From the NCBI GenBank assembly GCA_964568145.1, contig CAZMOZ010000016.1:9766-73765 (forward strand): a stretch of DNA of 64,000 bases, in the 5' to 3' direction. This document shows, piece by piece, positions 46,131 through 55,271 of this stretch. How positions within the stretch are numbered: position 1 is the stretch's first letter; every line of letters begins with the position of its first letter. This stretch comes from an uncultured Verrucomicrobiota bacterium (lineage in GTDB: Bacteria > Verrucomicrobiota > Verrucomicrobiia > Limisphaerales > J093). The translations under genes and the position numbers were made by a program. The notes beneath the pieces are model-generated. The model was given only the letters and a program-made list of their open reading frames with translations, did not search any database and was not told the origin of the DNA.

Positions 46131-46808
46131 TCACTTCACCAGTTCGCAGGGCGTGTTGGGTTGCAGGTTGCAGGCGTTGCCTTCGTCCGTGTCTATGTGG
46201 ACCTCCAGCTTGAAGCTCGGATCCACGCGCACGAGCATCTGTTCGAGCGTGAGCGCGCACGGCCCGCCGACATTGAGCCTCATCGCGTCGCCTTGCTTCA
46301 CGCCATAGAACGCCGCGTCGTCCGGGTGCATGTGTACGTGTCGCAAGGCCCGGATCACGCCTTCCTTCATTTCGAAGAAGCCCGCCGGCCCCATCAACAT
46401 GCAGCCCGGGGTGCCCTTGATGTTCCCGGAAAGCCGCAGCGGGATTTCAAAGCCCAAGGCGATGGCGTCGGTGTACGCCAGCTCCACCTGATTGAGTGTG
46501 CGGCACGGGCCGAGGATGCGCAGGTTCGAGATGACCCGGCTGCGCGGGCCGATCAAGGTGACGGTTTCCTTCGCGGCAAACTGGCCTTCTTGGTAAAGCC
46601 ACTTGTGAACCTGAAGCTGACGCCCCTTGCCGAACAAGGCCTCCACCGCCTCGGGTGTCAGATGGCAATGCCGCGCGCTGACGTTGACGACCAACGGGTT
46701 CGGCGCCGTCGCCAGCCGCGGCAAGGGCTTGCCCAACCGCTGGTAAACCACCTGACGAACCAAGTGCTCGACCACCGCCCGGGGCAAAGATTGCTGCGGC
46801 ATTGCCAT
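46131..46808 (-). CDS. pduL: Phosphate acyltransferase PduL
   Basis: Two PduL repeats, VVNVSARHCHLTPEAVEALFG and IRALRHVHMHPDDAAFYG, plus LEVHIDTDEGNA. N-terminal amphipathic helix AVVEHLVRQVVYQRL. Confidence 0.9.
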   Translation of the reverse strand: MAMPQQSLPRAVVEHLVRQVVYQRLGKPLPRLATAPNPLVVNVSARHCHLTPEAVEALFGKGRQLQVHKWLYQEGQFAAKETVTLIGPRSRVISNLRILGPCRTLNQVELAYTDAIALGFEIPLRLSGNIKGTPGCMLMGPAGFFEMKEGVIRALRHVHMHPDDAAFYGVKQGDAMRLNVGGPCALTLEQMLVRVDPSFKLEVHIDTDEGNACNLQPNTPCELVK

Positions 46809-46894
46809 GTTCGAGCGCAGACTGTGCTTGAATTTACGGTCTAGTCAACAAATTTCTTGCAATTTCTACCAAAATCTACCACAAATTTGCCAGA
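46809..46894. promoter_or_regulatory. AT-rich divergent control region between pduL and the DeoR regulator gene
   Basis: The 86-bp gap is markedly AT-rich for this genome and carries reiterated motifs: CAACAAATTTCTTGCAATTTCTACCAAAATCTACCACAAATTTGCC (AAATTTC/CAATTTC/CAAATTT and TCTACCA x2). Confidence 0.5.
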
Positions 46895-47677
46895 ATGACG
46901 CCGGAAGAACGCCAGCAACGGCTCGAGGAGTACCTTCAACAAGTTGAATTTGCGTCACTTGAAGAACTCGCCCAAGCGGTGGAAGCTTCGATTTCAACCG
47001 TGCGACGGGATGTCACGTTGCTGGAAGCGCGCGGCACGGTGCGCCGGACCCACGGCGGCGCGCGCGTCATCAACCCCCGCAGCGACGAGTTCGTGTTCAA
47101 CGCGCGCGACACCCACCAGCTCACGGAAAAGGAGGCCATCGGCCGGGCTTGCGCCGAGCTGATCCAGCCGCGCCAAAGCGTGATCGTGGACGCCGGCACC
47201 ACCTGCTACCACGTCGCCCGCTACCTCGAGCCCAAGAAGCCGCAGATCATCACCAATTCGCTGCCGGTGGCCACGCTGTACGCCTCGTCCAGCCTCGTGG
47301 AGGTGGTCATGTCCGGCGGCGTCATTTACCCGCGGCTCGGCGTGCTGGTCGGGCCGCTGGCCGTGGAATCGTTTTCCCGGATGCACGCGGACGTCGCGGT
47401 CATGAGCGCGGGCGGCATCACCGCCGAGGGCCTGACCAATTCCCACGGCCTGCTCATCGAAATCCAGCAGGCCATGATGCGCGCAGCCCAGCGGGTCATC
47501 TTCTGTCTGGATCACACCAAGTTTGGCCGCAAGTCCATCTCGCCGCTGGCCGGGCTTGAAGGCATCCACACGGTCGTCACGGACGAACAGGCGCCGGGCG
47601 AGTTGGTGCAGCTTTTACGCGGACGCGGCATCGAAGTCGTGACCGCAAAACTGGCCAACGGCGAAGCGGCGCGGTAA
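46895..47677 (+). CDS. DeoR/GlpR family transcriptional regulator
   Basis: N-terminal wHTH EELAQAVEASISTVRRDVTLLEARG. C-terminal sugar-phosphate sensor domain (IVDAGTTCYHVARYL, ITNSLPVA, DVAVMSAGGI). Confidence 0.9.
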   Translation: MTPEERQQRLEEYLQQVEFASLEELAQAVEASISTVRRDVTLLEARGTVRRTHGGARVINPRSDEFVFNARDTHQLTEKEAIGRACAELIQPRQSVIVDAGTTCYHVARYLEPKKPQIITNSLPVATLYASSSLVEVVMSGGVIYPRLGVLVGPLAVESFSRMHADVAVMSAGGITAEGLTNSHGLLIEIQQAMMRAAQRVIFCLDHTKFGRKSISPLAGLEGIHTVVTDEQAPGELVQLLRGRGIEVVTAKLANGEAAR

Positions 47678-47701
47678 GGCACCCGTCGGCCTGCGGGTGC
47701 G

Positions 47702-48781
47702 TCAGCGCTCCGTTGGCAAAGCCACGACGGGAAACTGGTTCGTGGCGCCGACCTGGACCTGGCCCTCCAGACGGGAATTGCTGATCAAGAATTGCAGCGC
47801 GGCTGCGTTGGTAAGCAGCGCTTGCGGCTGATCCGGCAAAGGCGGCGGCGCGACATTCGTCAGCAGCAGCCGGCCGACGAACCGCACTTCTTGTTGCAGG
47901 CCGCGGTTGGTGCCCGCCGCGCGCAGCCCGATGACATGCGGCGGTTGCGTGTTCGCGGTCTGCTGCCGGGCCGGCGCAGGCGTGGTCACCGCCCGCGTGG
48001 CGCTGGTGGCGGGTGCCGCGCGCGTGGCCAAGCCCGGCGAAGGCGCGGTGGCCGGTGGGCTCACTTCCGCCGGGCTGGCCAGCGTGGCCGGATAGATCGA
48101 GCCGTCGGCGTCCACCAGTTGCAGCCGCGACCCGATCTGTTCGACACGGAAGCTTTGTAGAACCTGGTTCGTCGGCGCAGCCGCCCACTGGGTGAAGCGC
48201 TGCTGCACCAAGGGCGCTTCGGCGACGACGCCGAACGAAGCCACCGCCCCGGCTTCGGCCACCTCCGCCGATGGTTTCGTCACCGCCACAACCGGCGCTG
48301 CCAGCTTGTCGGCCATTGCTTCAGTTTCAACGGCGGCCGCCGCAAACGTCGAACGCCTGTCCGCCTCCGCGTCCTTCCCAGCAATAGGCGCAGCCGGCGC
48401 GGCAACCAGCCGTTCCGCAGCCACGGCGGGTGGCTGGGAATCCGCCGTTTGTCCCTGGCGCGCGGCTGCCGGTTCCTGGGCCGACAGCATTTCCGATTCG
48501 CCGGGGCCGGAGCGGAACGTCTTCCAGAGCACCAGACCCGTGAGCATCACGCCCAGCACGCCACCCCAAGCCCAAGGCCGGCGCAGCCACTCCCACAGCC
48601 CGGAGACCGGAGTGACGCCCTCTGACCTCCTGGTTGCCGCTGCGGCCAGTCGTTCCACCTCGCGGTGCAGGCGCTGGCGAACGTGTTCCGGAATGGCGCG
48701 CGGTCCCCGCCAGGCACGACGCCGGCGTGCCACGTACTCTTGAAGCGTGGCTTCGACCGGATGCAGCGGGTCTTCGTTCAT
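47702..48781 (-). CDS. Putative anti-sigma factor / membrane protein
   Basis: Immediately downstream of the ECF sigma gene (13-nt gap). One TM helix, WAWGGVLGVMLTGLVLW. Ala/Pro-rich periplasmic part. Confidence 0.55.
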   Translation of the reverse strand: MNEDPLHPVEATLQEYVARRRRAWRGPRAIPEHVRQRLHREVERLAAAATRRSEGVTPVSGLWEWLRRPWAWGGVLGVMLTGLVLWKTFRSGPGESEMLSAQEPAAARQGQTADSQPPAVAAERLVAAPAAPIAGKDAEADRRSTFAAAAVETEAMADKLAAPVVAVTKPSAEVAEAGAVASFGVVAEAPLVQQRFTQWAAAPTNQVLQSFRVEQIGSRLQLVDADGSIYPATLASPAEVSPPATAPSPGLATRAAPATSATRAVTTPAPARQQTANTQPPHVIGLRAAGTNRGLQQEVRFVGRLLLTNVAPPPLPDQPQALLTNAAALQFLISNSRLEGQVQVGATNQFPVVALPTER

Positions 48782-48794
48782 ACTTGACTCCGGA

Positions 48795-49412
48795 TTAGAC
48801 GGTTTTGAGCGGGGGCGCCTTCCCAGCCGGGGACGTCTTCAGCAGGTCGGCCAGCCGGCGCAGGCATTTGTGCAGGCGCGAGCCGGCGGCCTTGATGCTC
48901 AGGCCCAGTTCCCGCGCGATTTCGTCGTAGCTCAGGTCGCCAAAATACCGCAGCTCGATGACCGTGCGGCACGGGTCGCCCAAGGCATCGAGCGCGGCCC
49001 GCAGCGCGACGCCTTGCTCGTGGCTGGCCAGGGCTTCGTCCGGGCCGGCGGCGTCGCCGGGCGGATCGGGCGTCAGGCCGGTTTGCGGGTCGGGCTGGTC
49101 GAGCGAGACCAGCGGGCGGCCGCCGCCGCGTTTGGCCGCGCCGCGCTTTTCCAGAAAATCGCGGGTCTTGTTCACGGCAATGCGGAACAACCAGGTCTGG
49201 ATCGCGCTGCCGCCGCGGAACGACGCGAGGTTGCGCACCGCGGCCAGAAACACCTCCTGGCAGATGTCTTCGATATCCTCGTGGCTCAGGTCCGGGCTGA
49301 ACTGGAAGACAAACCGGCCCACCGCGTCATAGTGCTGGTCGAACAAGGCGTCCCAGGCGCCGGGTTCGCCGACGCGGCAGCGCACGAGCAGACTGGATTC
49401 GGAATCAGGCAT
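48795..49412 (-). CDS. ECF-type RNA polymerase sigma factor
   Basis: AWDALFDQHYDAVGRFVFQF..DLSHEDIEDICQEVFLAAVRNL..IQTWLFRIAVNKTRDFL and region 4 SYDEIARELGLSIKAAGSRLHKCL. Confidence 0.9.
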   Translation of the reverse strand: MPDSESSLLVRCRVGEPGAWDALFDQHYDAVGRFVFQFSPDLSHEDIEDICQEVFLAAVRNLASFRGGSAIQTWLFRIAVNKTRDFLEKRGAAKRGGGRPLVSLDQPDPQTGLTPDPPGDAAGPDEALASHEQGVALRAALDALGDPCRTVIELRYFGDLSYDEIARELGLSIKAAGSRLHKCLRRLADLLKTSPAGKAPPLKTV

Positions 49413-49477
49413 CGCGGGGCGGGCTGGGGCCGCAAAAGATTTTGCTTTTGCCGGGTCGTCATCCCACCGTTCTGGCC

Positions 49478-49864
49478 ATGACCAAGCCGCTGGCGCTCAT
49501 CTTCTATGAAAGCCTGCTGGCCGGCAATCAGTTGATCAACCGCTTGGGCGATCTGGATTACCGGACGCAGACCGTGGGAGACATTGGCCAGCTTCACGCC
49601 CAGGCGGCGCGCGAGATGCCGCTGGTGGTGGTGACGGAGTTGGGCGCGCTGGCCGAACGGGTGTGCGTGGCGATCCGCAGTCTGCGCGCGGAGTCCGGCA
49701 CGGCGCACATTCCCGTGGTGGCCTACCTGAGCGCCAGGGGTCGCAAGGAAGAGGACCGGCTCACCGACCAGGCGCGGGCCGCCGGCGCCACGGTCGTGGT
49801 GAGCGAGGCTGCCCTGCTGGCGCACCTGGGCACAGTGCTGGATCAGGCGCTGCAGGTGGATTGA
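49478..49864 (+). CDS. Receiver-like (CheY-fold) protein with degenerate phospho-acceptor site
   Basis: The beta-alpha pattern LALIFYES...LVVVTELG...IPVVAYLSA...TVVVSEA fits a receiver fold, but Glu replaces the usual Asp after the third strand and the acidic pocket is incomplete. Confidence 0.5.
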   Translation: MTKPLALIFYESLLAGNQLINRLGDLDYRTQTVGDIGQLHAQAAREMPLVVVTELGALAERVCVAIRSLRAESGTAHIPVVAYLSARGRKEEDRLTDQARAAGATVVVSEAALLAHLGTVLDQALQVD

Positions 49865-49931
49865 GCGGGCCTGCCGGTGCGGCTATCCGCACCAATGCGC
49901 TGTAATTTGGAATTCAGGAAGGTGGGAAAAC

Positions 49932-50086
49932 GAAGTCCGAAGTCCGAAGTCCGAAGGTTGAAAGCCGGCAACCGGCATCGGGCATCCGTCTTTCCCGAAC
50001 TGCGCACCTTGAACCTCAAACCCTTGAAGGAGGTTCGCCCTGCCGGCACAGGGTTGCAGATTTTGAATTTCGGACTTTGGACTTCA
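49932..50086. repeat. Long-range inverted word repeat (GAAGTCCGAAG type)
   Basis: GAAGTCCGAAGTCCGAAGTCCGAAGG (49932-49957) against TTCGGACTTTGGACTTC (50069-50085), about 110-nt spacer. Confidence 0.7.
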
Positions 50087-50304
50087 CCCCCGTCGCCACC
50101 CACGCGGGTCAGCAGCGTAGCTGCCAGCCGCTGGAGGCGCGCACAGCGATGAACTGCAACCCGGTGCCGGTTTGACAAAAACCTTGCTGCGCAAAGGCCC
50201 CGGGTTACTCTCGCCTCAACAGACCGCACCTCCTGCCGCGACACCGCACCGGTTCGGGCACCGGGGTTGCGCCAATCAATAACCAGTCAAAGCTCACAGA
50301 ACCT

Positions 50305-51510
50305 ATGTCACCGAGACCTCTGAACGTTGGCTTGGTCGGGGGCGGCAAGGGCGCCTTCATCGTTCACCCGCACCAGAAAGCGATTCATTTCGACGGCACC
50401 CGCCGCGTGGTCGCCGGCGCGTTGTTTCCCGATCCGCAAATCGCGCTCGAGGAAGCCTCGAACTGGCCCTACCCGATCAAGGGTTACGGCTCGTACACCG
50501 AGATGATCAACGACCAGAAGAACCTGCCCCCCGAGCAGCGCCTGGACTACATCCTGATCGTCACGCCCAACTTCGTGCATTTCGACCCGGCGATGAAGGC
50601 CCTCGACGCCGGCATCCCGGTCTTCTGCGAAAAACCGCTCACGGTGACGCTCGAGGAAGCCGAGCAGATCGTGAAGAAGGTCCGCGAGAAGAAGATCCCG
50701 TTCGGCGTGGCGCACACGTATCTCGGGCACTGGACCAGCCGCTTCAGCCGGTATATCGTGCGCGCCGGGCTGCTGGGCGAAATCCGCTGGGTGGACAGCT
50801 ACTACCTGCAAGGCTGGCTCGCGACCAAGCTCGAGGACACCGGCCAGCAGCAGGCTTCCTGGCGCGTGGATCCCAAGAAAGCCGGCGGCTCCGGCTGCGG
50901 CGGGGACATCGGCACGCACGCGCTCATGCAGCTTCGTTACGTGACGGGGCTGGAGGTTCAGGAAGTTTCGGCCAACCTGGAAATCTTCGTGAAGGGCCGG
51001 CCGATTGACGACCACTTCACCGCCTATTGCCACCTGACCAACGGCGCCCGCGCACTGGTGCGCGCCTCGCAGATCAGCATCGGCCACCTGAACGACCTCG
51101 GCATCGAGGTCTGCGGCACCAAAGGCACGCTGGTGTGGCGGCAGGAAGATCCCGAGTGCATCACCATCAAGCTCATGGGCCAGCCGGACCGGGTGTATTA
51201 CCGCGGCGCGGTCACGCCGGGCGACGGGTTCCTGCCGGCCAAGGCGGAAATTGACAAGGTGATGCCGGGGCTGATGGAGGAACCCACCATCCCGCCGGGC
51301 CATCCCGAGGCGTTCCACGACGCCTTTGCGCGCCTGCACCGCTGTTTCGAGGCCGATGTGCGCAAGTACCAGGCCGGCCAGCCGTTCGCCTGCGACGGCA
51401 CCAAGTACGCCAACGTCGAGGATGGCTGGATGGGCATGGCCTTCCTCAAGACCTGCATCGAATCCAGCAAGAACAAAGGCGCTTGGACGCCCCTGCCGCC
51501 CAAGATCTGA
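50305..51510 (+). CDS. Gfo/Idh/MocA family oxidoreductase (cytoplasmic)
   Basis: [18 protein letters not shown] Rossmann start, [30 protein letters not shown], 401 aa. Confidence 0.85.
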   Translation: MSPRPLNVGLVGGGKGAFIVHPHQKAIHFDGTRRVVAGALFPDPQIALEEASNWPYPIKGYGSYTEMINDQKNLPPEQRLDYILIVTPNFVHFDPAMKALDAGIPVFCEKPLTVTLEEAEQIVKKVREKKIPFGVAHTYLGHWTSRFSRYIVRAGLLGEIRWVDSYYLQGWLATKLEDTGQQQASWRVDPKKAGGSGCGGDIGTHALMQLRYVTGLEVQEVSANLEIFVKGRPIDDHFTAYCHLTNGARALVRASQISIGHLNDLGIEVCGTKGTLVWRQEDPECITIKLMGQPDRVYYRGAVTPGDGFLPAKAEIDKVMPGLMEEPTIPPGHPEAFHDAFARLHRCFEADVRKYQAGQPFACDGTKYANVEDGWMGMAFLKTCIESSKNKGAWTPLPPKI

Positions 51511-51534
51511 CACGAACCGAACTCCCGCAACCCC

Positions 51535-51570
51535 GGGGACGTCGCGGTCGCCGTCCCCGTTTTTTGTTTC
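51535..51570 (+). terminator. Rho-independent terminator
   Basis: GGGGACG-tcgcggtcgc-CGTCCCC followed by GTTTTTTGTTT, 25 nt after the stop codon. Confidence 0.75.
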
Positions 51571-51835
51571 CAAAGAGTTTGCGGAAGCGGCGGGATTACG
51601 GCATTTTGCACGGCATTGCGGCGGGGCCCAACCGGCGAACGGCAGAACGCTGGCTGGAGAAACCTGACGGCGATTGTAGGGTGTGACTGCTGCAGAAAAG
51701 CGGTCGGGTTGGCCGCCGGCAATTTGAAGCCTTGATAATCAGCGGCTTGGGCTTGTAGCTTGGCGCGAGTTATGCTGGCGGGTTGAAATTATTTACTTGA
51801 CCTCAAGTTTGCTTTGTCATGAGTTTTCGCCACGT

Positions 51836-52498
51836 ATGACAAAACGGGCGCGTAGAGGGTTGGTGACCGCAGCCACGTCAATCTCGCTCTGGCCGGCGGT
51901 CGTGTATGGCGTCACCGGTGTCACCTTCGAATTCCGGGACGCCGCGGGCGATACGCTTGGCGGGCCGAACGAGACCCAAGTTCTTCAGGGTGGTTCGTTC
52001 TCGGTGGAGGCGTGGATACACGCGTCCGAACCCGTGGCCGTGGTGAGCTTCAAGGTGAGCTTCCTCGAGTACTTCTGGACGGAGCCCGCCACGTTCATCA
52101 TCAATGCCGCTCCCGACCGAAGCGGCAGCGACTTCGTCAATTCAAACACCATAGACAGCATGGTTCCCGGCGAAAAGCTGGTGCCGGAAAACGACAGCGA
52201 CCTGGGTGCCTTTATTGACCCCCCGGGCTGGGCTGAAGGTGATAAGTTTATCGTGCGACTTTCATTGTTCGTGGACCCCAGCATGCCGGTGGGCACTTAC
52301 ACCCTCGGCCGCGGAGCTTTTGGATTTTCCTGGGGCCGGCCTGAGGAAGGCGGCGAATACGAGTTCGCTGATTTCACGCCCTACTACGTGCATGTCCTGG
52401 CCGTGCCCGAGCCTGGCGAATACGCCTTGGGCGCGGGGCTCGGTCTGCTGGGCATGGCGGCCTTTCGTCGGTACCGGAAGGATCACAACGCCAGGTAA
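51836..52498 (+). CDS. PEP-CTERM sorting-domain secreted protein
   Basis: C-terminus VPEPGEYALGAGLGLLGMAAFRRYRK (PEP motif, TM helix, basic tail). N-terminal signal. Visibly lower G+C than neighbouring genes. Confidence 0.85.
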   Translation: MTKRARRGLVTAATSISLWPAVVYGVTGVTFEFRDAAGDTLGGPNETQVLQGGSFSVEAWIHASEPVAVVSFKVSFLEYFWTEPATFIINAAPDRSGSDFVNSNTIDSMVPGEKLVPENDSDLGAFIDPPGWAEGDKFIVRLSLFVDPSMPVGTYTLGRGAFGFSWGRPEEGGEYEFADFTPYYVHVLAVPEPGEYALGAGLGLLGMAAFRRYRKDHNAR

Positions 52499-52517
52499 TC
52501 CGAGGCACCCATCTTCT

Positions 52518-52550
52518 GGCCGGCGGGGTTTTCCGCCGGCTTTTTGTTTT
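52518..52550 (+). terminator. Rho-independent terminator
   Basis: GGCCGGCGG-ggttttc-CCGCCGGC followed by TTTTTGTTTT, about 20 nt after the stop codon. Confidence 0.75.
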
Positions 52551-52676
52551 GTCAAACGGCTCGCGTGCGGAGGTTTTCACGCTTCCAGCGTTGAACATCG
52601 TACGGGCAGTGGCACCTTGGCTTCCAGAGTGCGACGCCTGCTCAGTCAAACGCAGTCCAAACGGAATGGTCGCGGC

Positions 52677-55271
52677 ATGCTGGCCCTGCGCGCGGCTGGT
52701 TGTTCCCGACCCGGCCGCGGGTGGTGGGGTTTGTGGACGGCGCTCTGGCTCGCCGGGCTTGGCTACCCGGCTTTCGGCGCCGAAACCGTGCGAGACGCGC
52801 GCGAGCATCTCATCGCCGGCCGGCACCTCGACGCCATCGCCGCCGCCCAGCGCGCGCTAGCAGACCGGGACGACCTCGAGGAATGGAACCTGATTTTGGG
52901 CGAAGGCCTGTTGCGCATCGGGCGCTACCCGGAGGCCGGTCAGGCCGTCACCAACGCGCTGGCCCGGCTGCCCCGCAGCATCCGCCTGCGCTGGCTGGGG
53001 CAGGAGGCGTTTCGCCGCAACGGCCAGGCCGAAGCCACCCAGCGCGCCGTTCAGGAAATCCTCGAGCTGGTCTCCGGCCGGCCGTTCGCGTATCGCGACC
53101 CGGCCGAGCTCGTGGTCTTCGGCCAGGCGGCGCTGCGGCGCGGCGCCGATCCCAAGCAGGTGCTGGATCGCGTCTTCGCCGCGGCGAAAAAAGCCGAACC
53201 GCCAGTCCGCGAAGCCTGGCTGGCGGCGGGCGAACTCGCCTTGGAGAAACGCGACTTCGCCCTGGCCGCCCGCACCTTCCAGGAGGGCCTCCAGCGGTTG
53301 CCCGACGATCCCGACCTCCAGTTCGGCCTCGCCCGGGCCTACGCCCCCAGCGACACCCCGTTGATGCTGACCGCGATCGAGGCCGCGCTGGCGCGCAACT
53401 CCAACCACTCCGGCGTCCTGCAGCTCCTGGCCGAGCACCGGATTGACGAGGAAGACTACGCCGCCGCCGAGGCCTTGTACGGGCGCGTCCGCGAGGTGAA
53501 CCCGTACGATCCCGAGGCCTGGGCCGGGCACGCGCTGGTGGCGCACCTGCAAAACCAGCCACACCGCGAGCAGACGGCCCGCGAGATGGCGCTGCGCTTC
53601 TGGACCAACAACCCGCACGTGGACCACTTCATCGGCCGCAAGCTCTCGCAAAAGTACCGCTTCGCCGAAGGCGCGGCCTGCCAGCGGCGCGCCCTGGCCT
53701 TTGATCCGGACTTTCTGCCGGCCCGGGCCCAGCTTGCGCTGGATCTGCTGCGGCTGGGTGAAGACGCCGAAGGCTGGCGCCTGGCGCAGGAGGTGCATGA
53801 GCGCGACCCCTACGACGTGGCGGCGAACAACCTCGTGACCCTGCGGGACGCCACAGCCCGGTTCGCCACGCTTACCAACGAGCACTTCACGTTGCGCATG
53901 AGCGCGCATGAGGCGGCGTTGTACGGTGCGCGCGCGCTGGCCTTGCTGGAAAAGGCCCGCGAGCGGCTCACCAGCCGTTACGATGTCACGCTCACCCGGC
54001 CGGTGCTGGTCGAAATCTTCCCGGAGCAAAAGGACTTTGCCGTGCGGACGTTCGGGATGCCGGAGAACCACGGCTTCCTCGGCGTGTGCTTCGGCCACGT
54101 CATCACGGCCAACAGCCCTGCGGCGCGCCCCGGCCAGCGGTTCAATTGGGAATCCATGCTCTGGCACGAGTTCGCCCACGTTGTGACCTTGCAACTGACG
54201 CGCAACCGCATGCCGCGCTGGCTCAGCGAGGGCATCTCGGTGTACGAGGAGCGCCGGGCCCATCCGGCCTGGGGCGAGCGGCTCACCCCGCGCTACCGCG
54301 ACATGATCCTGGGCGACGAACTCACGCCGGTCGCCAACCTCAGCGCCGCGTTCATCGCGCCGCCCTCGAGTCGACACCTCCAGTTCGCGTACTACCAGTC
54401 GTCGCTGGTCGTCGAGTTCATCGTGACTCGGTTCGGCCCGGAAAAACTCGCGGCGATTCTGCGCAACCTGGGCGAAGGCCAGCCCGTCAATGAAGCCATC
54501 GAAGCGCACACCGTGCCGATGGCCACGTTCGAGCAGGACTTTGCCGCCTTTGCGCGGCGCCAGGCGGAAAGTCTGGCGCCGGCGCTGGACTGGGAGAAGC
54601 CCTCGCTGCCGGCCACCCTGGCCGGTCCGGGCGCGGGCGCCTGGCAGGCCTGGGCCGGCGCGCGCACGAACAACTTCTGGGTGCTCACCGCCCGGACGGG
54701 CGAGTTGATCGAAGCCCGGCAATGGCCGGAGGCGCGGGCCGTGCTCGAACGGCTGGTCGGCGCGTTCCCGGACTTCACCGGAACGGACAGCGCGTGGCGG
54801 CAGCTTGCGGCGGTGTGCCGCGCTTTGGGCGATACCCCGGCCGAGCGCGCGGCCTGGGCCCGCCTGGCCGAAAAAGATGGCGAAGCGCCGGACGCCTACC
54901 AGCGCCTGTGCGAACTGGCCGCGGAGGCTGGCGACTGGGACGCCGTACGGCTCAACGCGGAGCGTTTCCTGGCCGTGGACCCGCTGGTGGCCGCGCCGTA
55001 CCGCTTCCTGGCGATGGCGGCCGAGAACACCAGCGACGTGGCCGCAGCCGTCGCCGCGCTCCGGGCCTTGCTGGCGCTGGACCCGGCGAATCCGGCCGAA
55101 ATCCATTTCCGCCTGGCGCGCCGGTTGCATCGGCTGGGCGACCCCGCCGCCCGCCGGCACGTGCTGCAGGCGCTCGAAGACGCGCCGCGTTACCGCGAGG
55201 CCTTGCGGCTGCTGCGCGAAATCCACACCGCCGCCCCGGCCCACGCGGCCGCCACCCCCCGTCAGCCATGA
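52677..55271 (+). CDS. TPR-repeat protein with embedded gluzincin (HExxH) peptidase domain
   Basis: Signal/TM WGLWTALWLAGLGYPAFGAE. TPR blocks on both sides. MLWHEFAHVVTL (HExxH) with a downstream EGISVYEE. Start set to ATG 52677. Confidence 0.75.
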   Translation: MLALRAAGCSRPGRGWWGLWTALWLAGLGYPAFGAETVRDAREHLIAGRHLDAIAAAQRALADRDDLEEWNLILGEGLLRIGRYPEAGQAVTNALARLPRSIRLRWLGQEAFRRNGQAEATQRAVQEILELVSGRPFAYRDPAELVVFGQAALRRGADPKQVLDRVFAAAKKAEPPVREAWLAAGELALEKRDFALAARTFQEGLQRLPDDPDLQFGLARAYAPSDTPLMLTAIEAALARNSNHSGVLQLLAEHRIDEEDYAAAEALYGRVREVNPYDPEAWAGHALVAHLQNQPHREQTAREMALRFWTNNPHVDHFIGRKLSQKYRFAEGAACQRRALAFDPDFLPARAQLALDLLRLGEDAEGWRLAQEVHERDPYDVAANNLVTLRDATARFATLTNEHFTLRMSAHEAALYGARALALLEKARERLTSRYDVTLTRPVLVEIFPEQKDFAVRTFGMPENHGFLGVCFGHVITANSPAARPGQRFNWESMLWHEFAHVVTLQLTRNRMPRWLSEGISVYEERRAHPAWGERLTPRYRDMILGDELTPVANLSAAFIAPPSSRHLQFAYYQSSLVVEFIVTRFGPEKLAAILRNLGEGQPVNEAIEAHTVPMATFEQDFAAFARRQAESLAPALDWEKPSLPATLAGPGAGAWQAWAGARTNNFWVLTARTGELIEARQWPEARAVLERLVGAFPDFTGTDSAWRQLAAVCRALGDTPAERAAWARLAEKDGEAPDAYQRLCELAAEAGDWDAVRLNAERFLAVDPLVAAPYRFLAMAAENTSDVAAAVAALRALLALDPANPAEIHFRLARRLHRLGDPAARRHVLQALEDAPRYREALRLLREIHTAAPAHAAATPRQP

